DNA of 32,000 bases from Longivirga aurantiaca (GTDB lineage Bacteria > Actinomycetota > Actinomycetes > S36-B12 > CAIYMF01): contig NZ_JBHSTI010000008.1 in the NCBI RefSeq assembly GCF_042660085.1, positions 1,719,876 to 1,751,875 on the forward strand. Direction: 5' to 3'. Under the pieces are notes generated by a model, which ran no database searches, was not told where the DNA came from, and saw only the letters and a program-made list of their open reading frames with translations. Position numbers and translations under genes: made by a program. Below, in pieces: positions 1 through 8,623 of the stretch (the first letter of the stretch is position 1; each line of letters opens with the position of its first letter).

Positions 1-332
1 AGGAGCTCGATGATGCGGCAGCGGCCGATGTTGGCGCCCGGCTCCTTCGCGCGCTCGACCAGCGTGGGTGCCAGCGCGACCTGGCTGTCGACCCAGACGC
101 CGTCCTTGTCCGTCTTCGGCGGGGTGTGGTTCCAGAAGCCGTCGCACTCGAGGTCGCCGTACGCCGAGGCGAGCGGCGCGAAGCGGGTCTCGCCCGAGGA
201 CTTCCAGTCGACGTACGTGACGTCGAGCCACTCCTTCGGGTCGATCTCGCCCTGGTACATGTCGAGGACGACGTAGCCGTTGGCACGGAACGCCTCGAGC
301 TTGGTGTAGCCGTTCTCCTGGTACTGCGTCAT
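1..332 (-). CDS. Putative 2OG-Fe(II)/aspartyl-asparaginyl hydroxylase-like protein, N-terminal part (gene continues beyond the left edge)
   Basis: Minus-strand translation from ATG at 332-330: MTQYQENGYTKLEAFRANGYVVLDMYQGEIDPKEWLDVTYVDWKSSGETRFAPLASAYGDLECDGFWNHTPPKTDKDGVWVDSQVALAPTLVERAKEPGANIGRCRIIELL. About 70% identical to the neighbouring CDS 511..1284. GAGG-type RBS upstream. Confidence 0.8.
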   Translation of the reverse strand, partial: MTQYQENGYTKLEAFRANGYVVLDMYQGEIDPKEWLDVTYVDWKSSGETRFAPLASAYGDLECDGFWNHTPPKTDKDGVWVDSQVALAPTLVERAKEPGANIGRCRIIEL

Positions 333-398
333 GACCCGTCCTCGCACTGCTCAAGGGGAAGCTGACCGGTATCCATCATGCCGCACGCCCCCCGCAAC

Positions 399-417
399 TT
401 AGGTAACCCTAACCAGG
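399..417. promoter_or_regulatory. Candidate DtxR/IdeR iron box upstream of the left-edge gene
   Basis: TTAGGTAACCCTAACCAGG matches 14/19 positions of TWAGGTTAGSCTAACCTWA, about 67 nt upstream of the ATG at 332. Confidence 0.65.
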
Positions 418-460
418 GGTGTGTCCGACGTCTCGCCCGCTCGACCGGTGTCCGGACGCA

Positions 461-494
461 CCGAGGGCGCGCACCCGGAGGTGCGCGCCCTCGG
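461..494 (-). terminator. Strong hairpin terminator of CDS 511..1284
   Basis: Perfect 15-bp stem CCGAGGGCGCGCACC/GGTGCGCGCCCTCGG with a 4-nt loop, 16 nt past the stop codon; no U-tract. Confidence 0.75.
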
Positions 495-510
495 TACGTC
501 CCTCCGGCTC

Positions 511-1284
511 TCAGGCCTCCGACATCACCATCGTGGGGTCGTAGCCGTAGTACGCGGTGCGGGCCGAGCGACGCTCCTGCGCGATGGTCTCGCCACGGAA
601 CGCCTCGCCCTGGTCGAGGAACGCGCTCTCGACCTTCGTGCGCGGGCTGTTCTCGAACACCCACTTCTCGAGCGCCGGGCCGCTCTCGACGGAGGTGATG
701 AGGCAGTGGCGCGCCTCGCCAGCAGAGTCCTGGTGCCACACCGAGTGCCACATGCGCTCGGAGTCCACGAGCAGCTGGGCGCCCGCGGGCAGCGAGATGC
801 GGGTCTCGGTCGACGGGTCGTTGATGTCCTCGCGGAGGATCATCACGGAGTCGGGGTTGTGCGTGAGCTGCATGAACAGGCGCAGCACCCAGCCCTCGCC
901 CTCGGGGTTGAGCCGGTTGTTGTCGTCGAGGTGGCTGTTGTAGAGCGCGTCGGCGTACGAGTTGGGCTGCAGCTCGATGATGCGGCAGCGGCCGACGTTG
1001 GCGCCGATCTCCTGCACGCGGCGCGTCAGCGTGGGGGCGATCGCCGTCTGGCTGTCGATCCAGACACCGTCCTTGTCGGCCTTCGGCGGGTCGAAGTGCC
1101 AGAAGCCGTTGCACTCGATCTGGCCGTACGCCGAGGCGAGCGGCGCGAACCGGGTGTCGCCGCTGGACTTCCAGTCGACGTACTCGAGGTCCTTCCACTC
1201 AGCGGGGTCGATCGGCTGCTGGTAGCTGTCGAGGACGACGTAGCCCGTCTCCTCGAGGATGGGCAACGTCAGATGGCGCGGCAT
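511..1284 (-). CDS. Putative 2OG-Fe(II)/aspartyl-asparaginyl hydroxylase-like protein (257 aa), paralog of the left-edge gene
   Basis: Starts MPRHLTLPILEETGYVVLDSYQQ...; RBS GGGAGG. Possible metal-site pattern ...NSHLDDNN...GWVLRLFMQL...PAGAQLLVDSERMWHSVWHQDSAGEARHCLI (HxD...H...R). Confidence 0.8.
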   Translation of the reverse strand: MPRHLTLPILEETGYVVLDSYQQPIDPAEWKDLEYVDWKSSGDTRFAPLASAYGQIECNGFWHFDPPKADKDGVWIDSQTAIAPTLTRRVQEIGANVGRCRIIELQPNSYADALYNSHLDDNNRLNPEGEGWVLRLFMQLTHNPDSVMILREDINDPSTETRISLPAGAQLLVDSERMWHSVWHQDSAGEARHCLITSVESGPALEKWVFENSPRTKVESAFLDQGEAFRGETIAQERRSARTAYYGYDPTMVMSEA

Positions 1285-1409
1285 GGGCCCTCCCGAAAGG
1301 CGTACCACCGCGGGGAGACGGTGGATCGACGCCCAGTGTGCCTCACCCGACGCTCGGCCCGAAGCGTCCAAAGCCCTTGCGCCCCTAAGGTTTTCGTCAC
1401 ATGCCCTGG

Positions 1410-1428
1410 TTAGGTGAGCCTTGCCGAA
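1410..1428. promoter_or_regulatory. Candidate DtxR/IdeR iron box upstream of CDS 511..1284
   Basis: TTAGGTGAGCCTTGCCGAA (minus strand TTCGGCAAGGCTCACCTAA) matches 15/19 positions of TWAGGTTAGSCTAACCTWA. Confidence 0.65.
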
Positions 1429-1478
1429 GAAGCCGCGGCAGACGGACCGACCTGCGGGATCACCTGCACCGCAGCCGG

Positions 1479-2309
1479 TTACGGCGTACGGCGACGCTGG
1501 GCGCGGGCGGAGGCGTACAGGCAGACCGCAGCGGCGGTGGCGAGGTTGAGACTCTCGGCACGTCCGTGGATCGGCACGCGCACGACCTGGTCGGCGAGGG
1601 CGCGCGTCGGCTCGGGGAGGCCCCACGCCTCGTTGCCGAACAACCAGGCGGTGGGAGCACCGAGCGTGCCGTCGTCCTCGAGGTCGTCGAGGTCGCGCGC
1701 GCCCGCGCCGTCGGCGGCGAGCACCTGCAGCCCTGCGGCGTGCATCCGGGCGACGAGGTCGGCCACCGTGGGCCCGGTGACCACCGGCAGGTGGAAGAGC
1801 GAGCCGGCGCTCGCGCGCACGGCCTTCGGGTTGAGCGGGTCGACGCTGGCCTCGGTGAGCACCACCCCCCCGGCGCCTGCGGCGTCCGAGCAGCGGATCA
1901 CCGTGCCGACGTTGCCGGGGTCGCGCGCGTGCGCCAGCACCGTGACGAGGCGCTGCGGGCCCGACAGCAGCGAGTCGAGGCTCGAGGTGACCGGGCCGGT
2001 GGCGCAGACGCCGACCATGCCCTGCGGCGTGACCGTTCCCGACAGCGAGCCGACCACCTCGCCCGACGCGCGCACGACCTCGGCGCCGGCGGCACGGGCA
2101 GCGGCCACGATCTCGGGGTGCCGGTCGGCAGCTTCCGCGGTGACGTACAGCTCGAGCAGGGCCCCGGGGACGCCGGCCGCCTCGCGGCAGGCCTGCGGCC
2201 CCTCGGCAAGAAAACGACCGTCCCGGTCGCGGAACGCACGCTTCACCAGGCGCCGGGCTGCCGTCACCCGCGGTGAGCGGGTGGAGGTCAGCTCGGTGGT
2301 GGAGCTCAT
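1479..2309 (-). CDS. TrmH/SpoU family RNA 2'-O-methyltransferase
   Basis: MSSTTELTSTRSPRVTAARRL...FLAEGPQACREA...ARDPGNVGTVIRCSDAAG...LFGNEAWGLP...VPIHGRAESLNLATAAAVCLY; SPOUT motifs and adjacency to rplT. Confidence 0.93.
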   Translation of the reverse strand: MSSTTELTSTRSPRVTAARRLVKRAFRDRDGRFLAEGPQACREAAGVPGALLELYVTAEAADRHPEIVAAARAAGAEVVRASGEVVGSLSGTVTPQGMVGVCATGPVTSSLDSLLSGPQRLVTVLAHARDPGNVGTVIRCSDAAGAGGVVLTEASVDPLNPKAVRASAGSLFHLPVVTGPTVADLVARMHAAGLQVLAADGAGARDLDDLEDDGTLGAPTAWLFGNEAWGLPEPTRALADQVVRVPIHGRAESLNLATAAAVCLYASARAQRRRTP

Positions 2310-2346
2310 GCGTCGCGACCGGGACGGTCGGAGGTGCTGGGCGTCG

Positions 2347-2730
2347 TCAGGCCGAGGCAGGCGCGTTGACGTCGGCCGGGAGGGCCTTCTTCGCGGTCTC
2401 GACGAGGACGGCGAAGGCCGCGGCGTCGTTGACGGCGAGCTCGGCCAGCATGCGACGGTCGACCTCGACACCCGCGGCCTTGAGGCCCTGGATGAAGCGG
2501 TTGTAGGTCATGCCGTTGGCGCGGGCACCGGCGTTGATGCGCTGGATCCAGAGCTGACGGAAGTCGCCCTTGCGCTTACGACGGTCGTTGAAGGCGTAGA
2601 CCTCCGAGTGGAGGATCTGCTCCTTCGCCTTGCGGTAGAGGCGCGAGCGCTGCCCGCGATAGCCGCTGGCCTGCTCGAGGACCTCGCGGCGCTTCTTGTG
2701 GGCGTTCACTGCCCGCTTCACGCGTGCCAT
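2347..2730 (-). CDS. rplT: 50S ribosomal protein L20
   Basis: [38 protein letters not shown]...; 127 aa. Confidence 0.99.
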   Translation of the reverse strand: MARVKRAVNAHKKRREVLEQASGYRGQRSRLYRKAKEQILHSEVYAFNDRRKRKGDFRQLWIQRINAGARANGMTYNRFIQGLKAAGVEVDRRMLAELAVNDAAAFAVLVETAKKALPADVNAPASA

Positions 2731-2790
2731 GGGTGTTCTCCTGCTGGATGGACGGGCCTGACCGGCCCGGCGATGGACGTCGGGGGTCGG

Positions 2791-2985
2791 TCAGATGCCG
2801 AGGAGCTTCTTCACGCGCTTGGTGTCGGCGGGCGAGAGCTCCTTGGGGACCGAGAGTCGGCGGGTGCGCTTGCTCGACTTGACCTCGAGGAGGTGGCGCT
2901 TGTTGGTGCGCTCGCGCATGAGCTTGCCCGAGCCGGTCACCTTGATGCGCTTCTTGGTGCCGCTGTGGGTCTTCTGCTTCGGCAT
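2791..2985 (-). CDS. rpmI: 50S ribosomal protein L35
   Basis: [44 protein letters not shown]; 64 aa. Confidence 0.99.
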   Translation of the reverse strand: MPKQKTHSGTKKRIKVTGSGKLMRERTNKRHLLEVKSSKRTRRLSVPKELSPADTKRVKKLLGI

Positions 2986-3037
2986 GTCGCCGTTCTCCTC
3001 GTGAGTGTGATGGTGCGTGGTGCTGTCGGGGTGGTGC

Positions 3038-3769
3038 TCAGGCGTCGGCCTGCGCCGCCTCGGTGGCCTCTACGGTCTCTGCGGTCTCTGCGGTCTCTGC
3101 GGTCTCGACGGTCTCGACCTCCGCGGGAGCGGGCTCGGTCACGTCGGTCGTGGTCTCGGTGGTGCCCCCGGTCGCCTCGAGCTCGCCGTCGGCCTCGTCG
3201 TGCCGGCGTCCCTTCTTGGCGTCCTTCTCGGCCTGGGCCTCGGCCATGGCCTCGGCCTTCTTCCGGACCGGCCCGAGGACCATGATCATGTTGCGGCCGT
3301 CCTGCTTCGGCGAGTACTCGACGAACGCGATGTCCGCGACGTCGTCCGCGAGCTTCTTCAGCAGGCGGAAGCCGAGCTCGGGTCGCGACTGCTCGCGACC
3401 GCGGAACATGATCGTGATCTTGACCTTGTCGCCCGCCTTGAGGAAGCGGACCACGTGGCCCTTCTTCGTCTCGTAGTCGTGCGCGTCGATCTTCGGGCGG
3501 AGCTTCATCTCCTTGATGACGGTGTTGACCTGCTTCTTGCGGTCCTCACGCGCCTTCAGGGCCGACTCGTACTTGAACTTGCCGTAGTCCATGAGCTTGC
3601 AGACCGGCGGCTTGGACATCGGTGCGACCTCGACCAGATCGAGATCGGCCTCCGCGGCCAGGCGCAGCGCATCCTCGATGCGCACAATGCCTACCTGCTC
3701 CCCGTTGGGCCCGACAAGCCGGACCTCGGGGACTCGGATCCGCTCGTTGATGCGGGGCTCGGCGCTGAT
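3038..3769 (-). CDS. infC: Translation initiation factor IF-3, probable AUC start codon; the track's ATG-started form is 3038..3820
   Basis: ...[50 protein letters not shown]...; an AAGGAG SD lies 5 nt before the ATC codon at 3769-3767. Confidence 0.9.
   Translation of the reverse strand: MSAEPRINERIRVPEVRLVGPNGEQVGIVRIEDALRLAAEADLDLVEVAPMSKPPVCKLMDYGKFKYESALKAREDRKKQVNTVIKEMKLRPKIDAHDYETKKGHVVRFLKAGDKVKITIMFRGREQSRPELGFRLLKKLADDVADIAFVEYSPKQDGRNMIMVLGPVRKKAEAMAEAQAEKDAKKGRRHDEADGELEATGGTTETTTDVTEPAPAEVETVETAETAETAETVEATEAAQADA
3074..3118. repeat. In-frame 9-nt tandem repeat in the infC 3' end
   Basis: Three copies of ggtctctgc followed by two copies of ggtctcgac; encodes an (ETA)n/ETV-type acidic tail. 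Confidence 0.9.
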
Positions 3770-4050
3770 GTGCACTCCTTGGTTCGTCCGATGGTTCGTG
3801 GTCGCACCGGCCCTCGACATGGATCGAGGCCCCGCGCACGCGCGCGAGGCCTCGCAGTCGTCGGCGTCCTCCGCCCGGGGGCGGGACGCCGCCGGATCCC
3901 CCCGTCGGGGGTTCCGCGACCTGGACCCGACGACCCGGAGGTCGTGCGGGTGGGAGCGAGGGCTCCGCTTGCGTGGTCCGCCCCCACGTTCGGGGAGGAC
4001 CGGTCCGGGGCGAACTGTACCGGGTGGGCCGCCGAACGCCCAAAACGGAC

Positions 4051-4074
4051 GCGGCCGCCCCGGAGGGCGGCCGC
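4051..4074 (-). terminator. Terminator hairpin downstream of aqpZ
   Basis: gcggccgccc-cgga-gggcggccgc, 10-bp perfect stem; read on the minus strand it is followed by GTCCGTTTTG. Confidence 0.7.
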
Positions 4075-4088
4075 GTCGTCGAGCAGGA

Positions 4089-4787
4089 TCAGGCGGCGTC
4101 GGCCTGGCCGACGGCCTCCACCACGTGGGCGCGCGTCAACGGGTAGACCACCGCGGCGATCACGCCGCCGAGCAGCGGCGCCAGGATGAACAGCCACAGC
4201 TGGGACAGTGCCGTGCCGCCCTCGAACAGGGCCGGGCCGATCGAGCGGGCCGGGTTCACCGAGGTGCCGGTGTTGGGGATGCCGACCAGGTGGACGACGG
4301 TGAGCGCGACGCCGATGGCGAGGCCCGCGGTCGTGCCGTTGGCCGCGCGGTCGGTCACCATCAGGATCACCAGGACGAACGCGAAGGTCAGCAGCATCTC
4401 GAGGATGAACGCCCCACCCATCGTGAGCGGGTCGGCCCAGCCGTTGGTGCCGAGACCGCCGGTCTCGTCCACGACGCCGAAGCTCGAGACGAGCAGCTTG
4501 AGCACGCCGGCGCCGACGATGGCACCCGCGATCTGGGCGCCCCAGTAGCCGGCCGCCTCGGCGATCGGCATCTTGCGGGCCACGACCATGGCGATGGTGA
4601 CCGCCGGGTTGACGTGCGCGCCGCTCACCGGGCCGAAGGCGTAGGCGACGAACACCAGCACGAAGCCGAAGGCTGTCGCCACGGCGAGGATGCCTGCGCT
4701 CTTGAGGCCCATGACCGCGGCACCGACCGCGAGGAAGACGAGGAGGAACGTGCCGAGGAACTCGGCGACGTACTTACGGGACGACAT
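4089..4787 (-). CDS. aqpZ: Aquaporin Z-type MIP channel
   Basis: [25 protein letters not shown]... with both NPA motifs ([16 protein letters not shown]). Confidence 0.96.
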   Translation of the reverse strand: MSSRKYVAEFLGTFLLVFLAVGAAVMGLKSAGILAVATAFGFVLVFVAYAFGPVSGAHVNPAVTIAMVVARKMPIAEAAGYWGAQIAGAIVGAGVLKLLVSSFGVVDETGGLGTNGWADPLTMGGAFILEMLLTFAFVLVILMVTDRAANGTTAGLAIGVALTVVHLVGIPNTGTSVNPARSIGPALFEGGTALSQLWLFILAPLLGGVIAAVVYPLTRAHVVEAVGQADAA

Positions 4788-4930
4788 GGCGGCACCTCGG
4801 GGTGAGTCGGGATGGGGGACGTACGGGGAAGATCCCGAACCCGTCCATGAAAGCGGTATCGCGGGGCGAGATCACGCCGACACGCTCACGACCTGCTCGG
4901 ATACCGGCTGGTAACGGGACGAGCCGGGAC

Positions 4931-5698
4931 TCAGCCGGGGTCGACGAGGCCGATCGCGATCCCGCCCGGGCAGGCCGCCACCAGCACGGGATGGCCGGCG
5001 AGACGGTCGGCGGCGGCGGCGGCGACCCCCGCGCCGTCGGCCCCGGGCTCGGGGACCAGAGCCACCAGCAGGTCGCCCGCACCCGTCGGCGCGGGTGCGG
5101 CCTCGTGCCCGGCGAGTCCGGCGAGCCCCGCGAGCGCCTCGGCCACTGCGGCCAGGACCGCCGGATCCTCGGGCACCGGGACGAACGGCCTGCCCTCCGC
5201 CACGGCGAGCAGGGCCTCGCCCTGGAGCGCGAGCCGCACCGGGCCGCCGAGGTCGAGCAGCACGGCGTCGGCGCCCTCCTCCAGTGCCGCTCCCGCCACC
5301 CGCGCGGCCGACGCCGGGATCCCCCGCGCAGAGGGGTCCCAGGCGACCATCGAGGCCACCGAGGTGAAGGCGAGCAGGCCGCGTCGGCCGTCCGGGCTGA
5401 CGAGGCTGACGGTCGCCATGTGCGAGTCCTTCTCGCCTGGCCCGGGGGCGCCTGCTGCCACGTCGTCCGTCACGGAGTCGAGCACGGCCATGAGCGGGGC
5501 CATGAGGCGCTTGCCGTGGAGGAGCCGGACGACGTCGGAGAGGCGAGCCTCGCCGAGCGCGTGCAGGGCCAGCACCTCGGCCAGCTCCGGGTCGGGCGTG
5601 CCGTCGTCGTCGGCGAACTCGGGCTCCGGGATGTCCATCCCGCCGAACCGCTGCTCGCCCGGACGCTGGTGCTCCCCCGCGCCGTGCCCGTGCCCCAT
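4931..5698 (-). CDS. SseB family protein
   Basis: ...MAPLMAVLDSV...SHMATVSLVSPDGRRGLLAFTSVASMVAWDPSARGIPASAARVAGAALEEGADAVLLDLGGPVRLALQGEALLAVAEG; SseB-like. Confidence 0.8.
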   Translation of the reverse strand: MGHGHGAGEHQRPGEQRFGGMDIPEPEFADDDGTPDPELAEVLALHALGEARLSDVVRLLHGKRLMAPLMAVLDSVTDDVAAGAPGPGEKDSHMATVSLVSPDGRRGLLAFTSVASMVAWDPSARGIPASAARVAGAALEEGADAVLLDLGGPVRLALQGEALLAVAEGRPFVPVPEDPAVLAAVAEALAGLAGLAGHEAAPAPTGAGDLLVALVPEPGADGAGVAAAAADRLAGHPVLVAACPGGIAIGLVDPG

Positions 5699-5703
5699 CG
5701 CGG

Positions 5704-6549
5704 CTAGAGCCGGCAGGCGTGGATGTCGGTGACGAGGATCCCGCGGCCGCCCATGTCGTACAGCTCGTCCATCACGCGGTGGACGTCGCGGCGCGGCACC
5801 ATCGCCCGCACGGCGGACCAGGCGGAGTCGTGCAGGGAGGACACCGTGGGCGACTCGATCCCCGGGGTGATCCGGCAGGCGCGCTCGACGAGCTCGGTGC
5901 GGATGTCGTAGTCGACGAGGACGTAGGCGCGGGCGACGATCACGCCCTGCAGGCGCCGGACGAACGTGTCGACCACGGGGCTCTGGGCCGCGCCCGCCCG
6001 CTGGACGAGGAGGGCCTGGCTCACGAGCAGCGGCTCGCCGAGCACCGTGAGGCCCGCCTGCTTCAACGTGGTGCCGGTGGCCACGACGTCGGCGACCGCG
6101 TCCGCGACGCCGAGGCGCACGGAGTTCTCCACGGCGCCGTCGAGCTTCACGACGGTCGCGTCGATGCCGAGCTCGGCGAGCCGCGTCGCGAGGAGGCCTG
6201 CGTACGACGTGGCGATCCGCTTGCCGGCGAGGTCGTGCACCGTGGTCGCGGTGCCGGCGGGCGCGGCGAAGCGGAACGTCGACGGCGCGAAGCCGAGCTC
6301 GAGCAGGGTCTCGGTCTGCACGCCGGAGTCGAGCACGAGGTCGAGCCCGGTGATGCCGATGTCGAGCTGCCCGCTGGCGACGTAGATCGCGATGTCGCGG
6401 GGCCGCAGGAAGAAGAACTCGACGTCGTTCTCCGGGTCCTGCACCACGAGCTCGCGGGCGCTGTGCGCCGCGGGGTAGCCCGCCTCGCGCAGCATCTCGC
6501 GGGCGGGGTCGGACAACTGACCCTTGTTGGGGAGGGCGACACGCAGCAT
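5704..6549 (-). CDS. hisG: ATP phosphoribosyltransferase (long form)
   Basis: MLRVALPNKGQLSDPAREMLREAGY...LRPRDIAIYVASGQLDIGITGLDLV... Confidence 0.97.
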   Translation of the reverse strand: MLRVALPNKGQLSDPAREMLREAGYPAAHSARELVVQDPENDVEFFFLRPRDIAIYVASGQLDIGITGLDLVLDSGVQTETLLELGFAPSTFRFAAPAGTATTVHDLAGKRIATSYAGLLATRLAELGIDATVVKLDGAVENSVRLGVADAVADVVATGTTLKQAGLTVLGEPLLVSQALLVQRAGAAQSPVVDTFVRRLQGVIVARAYVLVDYDIRTELVERACRITPGIESPTVSSLHDSAWSAVRAMVPRRDVHRVMDELYDMGGRGILVTDIHACRL

Positions 6550-6594
6550 GAGGCTGCTCCTAGCGGCTGGGATGGGATCGGGCGCGGGGCACGA

Positions 6595-6861
6595 TCACAG
6601 ATGCCGGTAGACGTCCTCGAGCGAGACGTCGGCGGCCAGCATGAGCACCTGGGTGAAGAAGATCAGCTGCGAGATCTCCACAGCTGCCCGCTCCTTGCCC
6701 TCGAACTCCGCGGCCATCCAGGCCTCGGCGGCCTCCTCGACGACCTTCTTGCCGGCTCCGTGCACGCCGTCCTCGAGGAGGCGGGTGACGGTGCCGGAGG
6801 ACGGGTCCTTCTCGGCCCACTTGGTCACGAGCTCGGTGTGCAGCTCCTCAAAGGTCTTCAT
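6595..6861 (-). CDS. hisE: Phosphoribosyl-ATP pyrophosphatase
   Basis: [55 protein letters not shown]...; start codon overlaps the ribH stop (ATGA). Confidence 0.96.
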   Translation of the reverse strand: MKTFEELHTELVTKWAEKDPSSGTVTRLLEDGVHGAGKKVVEEAAEAWMAAEFEGKERAAVEISQLIFFTQVLMLAADVSLEDVYRHL

Positions 6862-7355
6862 GAGGCAAAGCCTACGGAACCCTTGGGCGACATCCCACGC
6901 AGGGTGAGGACCACGGCGATCGCCGCCTCGACGGCCTCGCGTCCCTTGTCCTCCTCCGAGCCCGGGAGGCCCGCCCGGGCGAGCGCCTGCTCCTCGGTGT
7001 CGCAGGTCAGCAGGCCGAACCCGACGGGCACTCCGGTCTGCAGGGCGACGTGGGCGAGTCCGTCCGTGGCCGCCTGGCACACGTACTCGAAGTGCGGTGT
7101 GCCGCCACGGATGACGACGCCGAGGGCGACCACGGCGTCGTAGCCCCCGGAGGTGGCGGCCTTCGCCACGACCGGGAGCTCGAAGGCACCCGGGACGCGG
7201 ATCACCTCGTAGGCGGCACCGAGCTCGTCGAGCGCGCGGGTCGCCCCGCCGACGAGTCCGCCCATCACCTGCTCGTGCCAGGAGGCGGCCACGACCGCGA
7301 CACGGAGGTCGGCCGTTCCGGGCAGGTCCAGCCGGGGTGCTCCGTGGCCGCTCAT
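6858..7355 (-). CDS. ribH: 6,7-dimethyl-8-ribityllumazine synthase
   Basis: [38 protein letters not shown]...[14 protein letters not shown]... Confidence 0.97.
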   Translation of the reverse strand: MSGHGAPRLDLPGTADLRVAVVAASWHEQVMGGLVGGATRALDELGAAYEVIRVPGAFELPVVAKAATSGGYDAVVALGVVIRGGTPHFEYVCQAATDGLAHVALQTGVPVGFGLLTCDTEEQALARAGLPGSEEDKGREAVEAAIAVVLTLRGMSPKGSVGFAS

Positions 7356-8623
7356 GTGGGGTTCCCTTCGGGGACGTCGAGGTCGTCGGGCAGGTCGTGG
7401 CCCATGCGGTCGCGCTTGGTCTGGAGGTAGCCGAGGTTCTCCACGTTCGGGACGACCTCGATCGGGACGCGCTCGATGATCGACAGGCCGTAGCCCTCGA
7501 GCCCTGCGCGCTTGGCCGGGTTGTTCGTGAGCAGCCGCATGCTGCGCACACCGAGGTCCGCGAGGATCTGCGCGCCCGTGCCGTAGTCGCGGGAGTCGGC
7601 GGGAAGGCCGAGGTTGAGGTTGGCGTCGACGGTGTCGGCGCCGTCGTCCTGCAGCGCGTAGGCGCGCAGCTTGTGCAGCAGGCCGATCCCCCGGCCCTCG
7701 TGGCCGCGCATGTACAGCACGATGCCGCGGTCCTCGGAGGCGACGCGGCGCAGCGCCGCCTGCAGCTGCGGGCCGCAGTCGCAGCGGCGCGAGCCGAAGA
7801 CGTCGCCCGTGAGGCACTCGGAGTGCACCCGCACGAGGATGCCCTCGCCGTCGCCGATGTCGCCGTGCACGAGGGCCACGTGCTCCACGCCGTCGAGCCG
7901 CGAGCGGTACCCGACCGCGCGGAAGTCGCCGAACTCGGTGGGCAGCCGGGTCTCGGTGACCCGCTCGACCTGCAGCTCGGTGTGCCGGATGTACGAGATG
8001 AGGTCGGCGATCGAGATCATGACGAGGCCGTGCGCGTCGGCGAACTCCCGGCACTGCGGCGCACGCATCATCGAGCCGTCCTCGTTGACGAGCTCGCAGA
8101 GGGCGCCGGCCGAGGTGAGGCCGGCCAGCCGGGCGAGGTCGACCGCGGCCTCGGTGTGGCCGGCGCGGCGGAGCACTCCGCCGTCCATGGCGCGCAGCGG
8201 CACGACGTGGCCGGGCCGGGTGAGCTCCCACGGCTCCGTGGCGGAGTCCGAGAGGACCTTGATCGTGCGCGCGCGGTCCTCGGCCGAGATGCCGGTGGCC
8301 TTCACGTCGCGCGCGTCGACGGTGACGGCGTACGCCGTGCCCTTCTTGTCCTCGTTCACCTGCGTCATCGGCGGCAGGCCGAGGCGGTCGAGGTCCTTGC
8401 CGGGCATGGCCACGCAGATGTAGCCGGAGGTCCAGCGGATCATGAAGCCGGTGACCTCGGGCGTCGCCTTCTGGGCGGCGAAGATGAGGTCGCCCTCGTT
8501 CTCCCGGTCCTCGTCGTCGACGACGACCACGGCCCGACCGGCGCGGATCGCGGCCACTGCCTCCTCGACGGGGTCGAGGCGGATGCCGGCGCGATCGGTC
8601 CCGGCCGCGGTCCCGATGGTCAT
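7352..8623 (-). CDS. ribBA: Bifunctional 3,4-dihydroxy-2-butanone-4-phosphate synthase/GTP cyclohydrolase II
   Basis: MTIGTAAG...[23 protein letters not shown]... plus the GTP cyclohydrolase II domain ...[20 protein letters not shown]...; GGAGG RBS 5 nt upstream of ATG 8623. Confidence 0.96.
   Translation of the reverse strand: MTIGTAAGTDRAGIRLDPVEEAVAAIRAGRAVVVVDDEDRENEGDLIFAAQKATPEVTGFMIRWTSGYICVAMPGKDLDRLGLPPMTQVNEDKKGTAYAVTVDARDVKATGISAEDRARTIKVLSDSATEPWELTRPGHVVPLRAMDGGVLRRAGHTEAAVDLARLAGLTSAGALCELVNEDGSMMRAPQCREFADAHGLVMISIADLISYIRHTELQVERVTETRLPTEFGDFRAVGYRSRLDGVEHVALVHGDIGDGEGILVRVHSECLTGDVFGSRRCDCGPQLQAALRRVASEDRGIVLYMRGHEGRGIGLLHKLRAYALQDDGADTVDANLNLGLPADSRDYGTGAQILADLGVRSMRLLTNNPAKRAGLEGYGLSIIERVPIEVVPNVENLGYLQTKRDRMGHDLPDDLDVPEGNPT

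Noticed and set aside
421-1413. 330-aa plus-strand ORF opposite the dioxygenase-like gene
   Set aside because: The minus-strand frame has protein-like composition, an RBS, a terminator and a conserved paralog; the plus-strand frame has none of these.
3063-3476. Plus-strand 137-aa Ser/Val-rich ORF over the infC tail repeats
   Set aside because: Reverse reading of the (ETA)n repeat region of infC; no independent support.
4788-4930. Possible regulatory RNA between the SseB-like gene and aqpZ
   Set aside because: No clear long inverted repeat or conserved motif; likely an ordinary promoter region.
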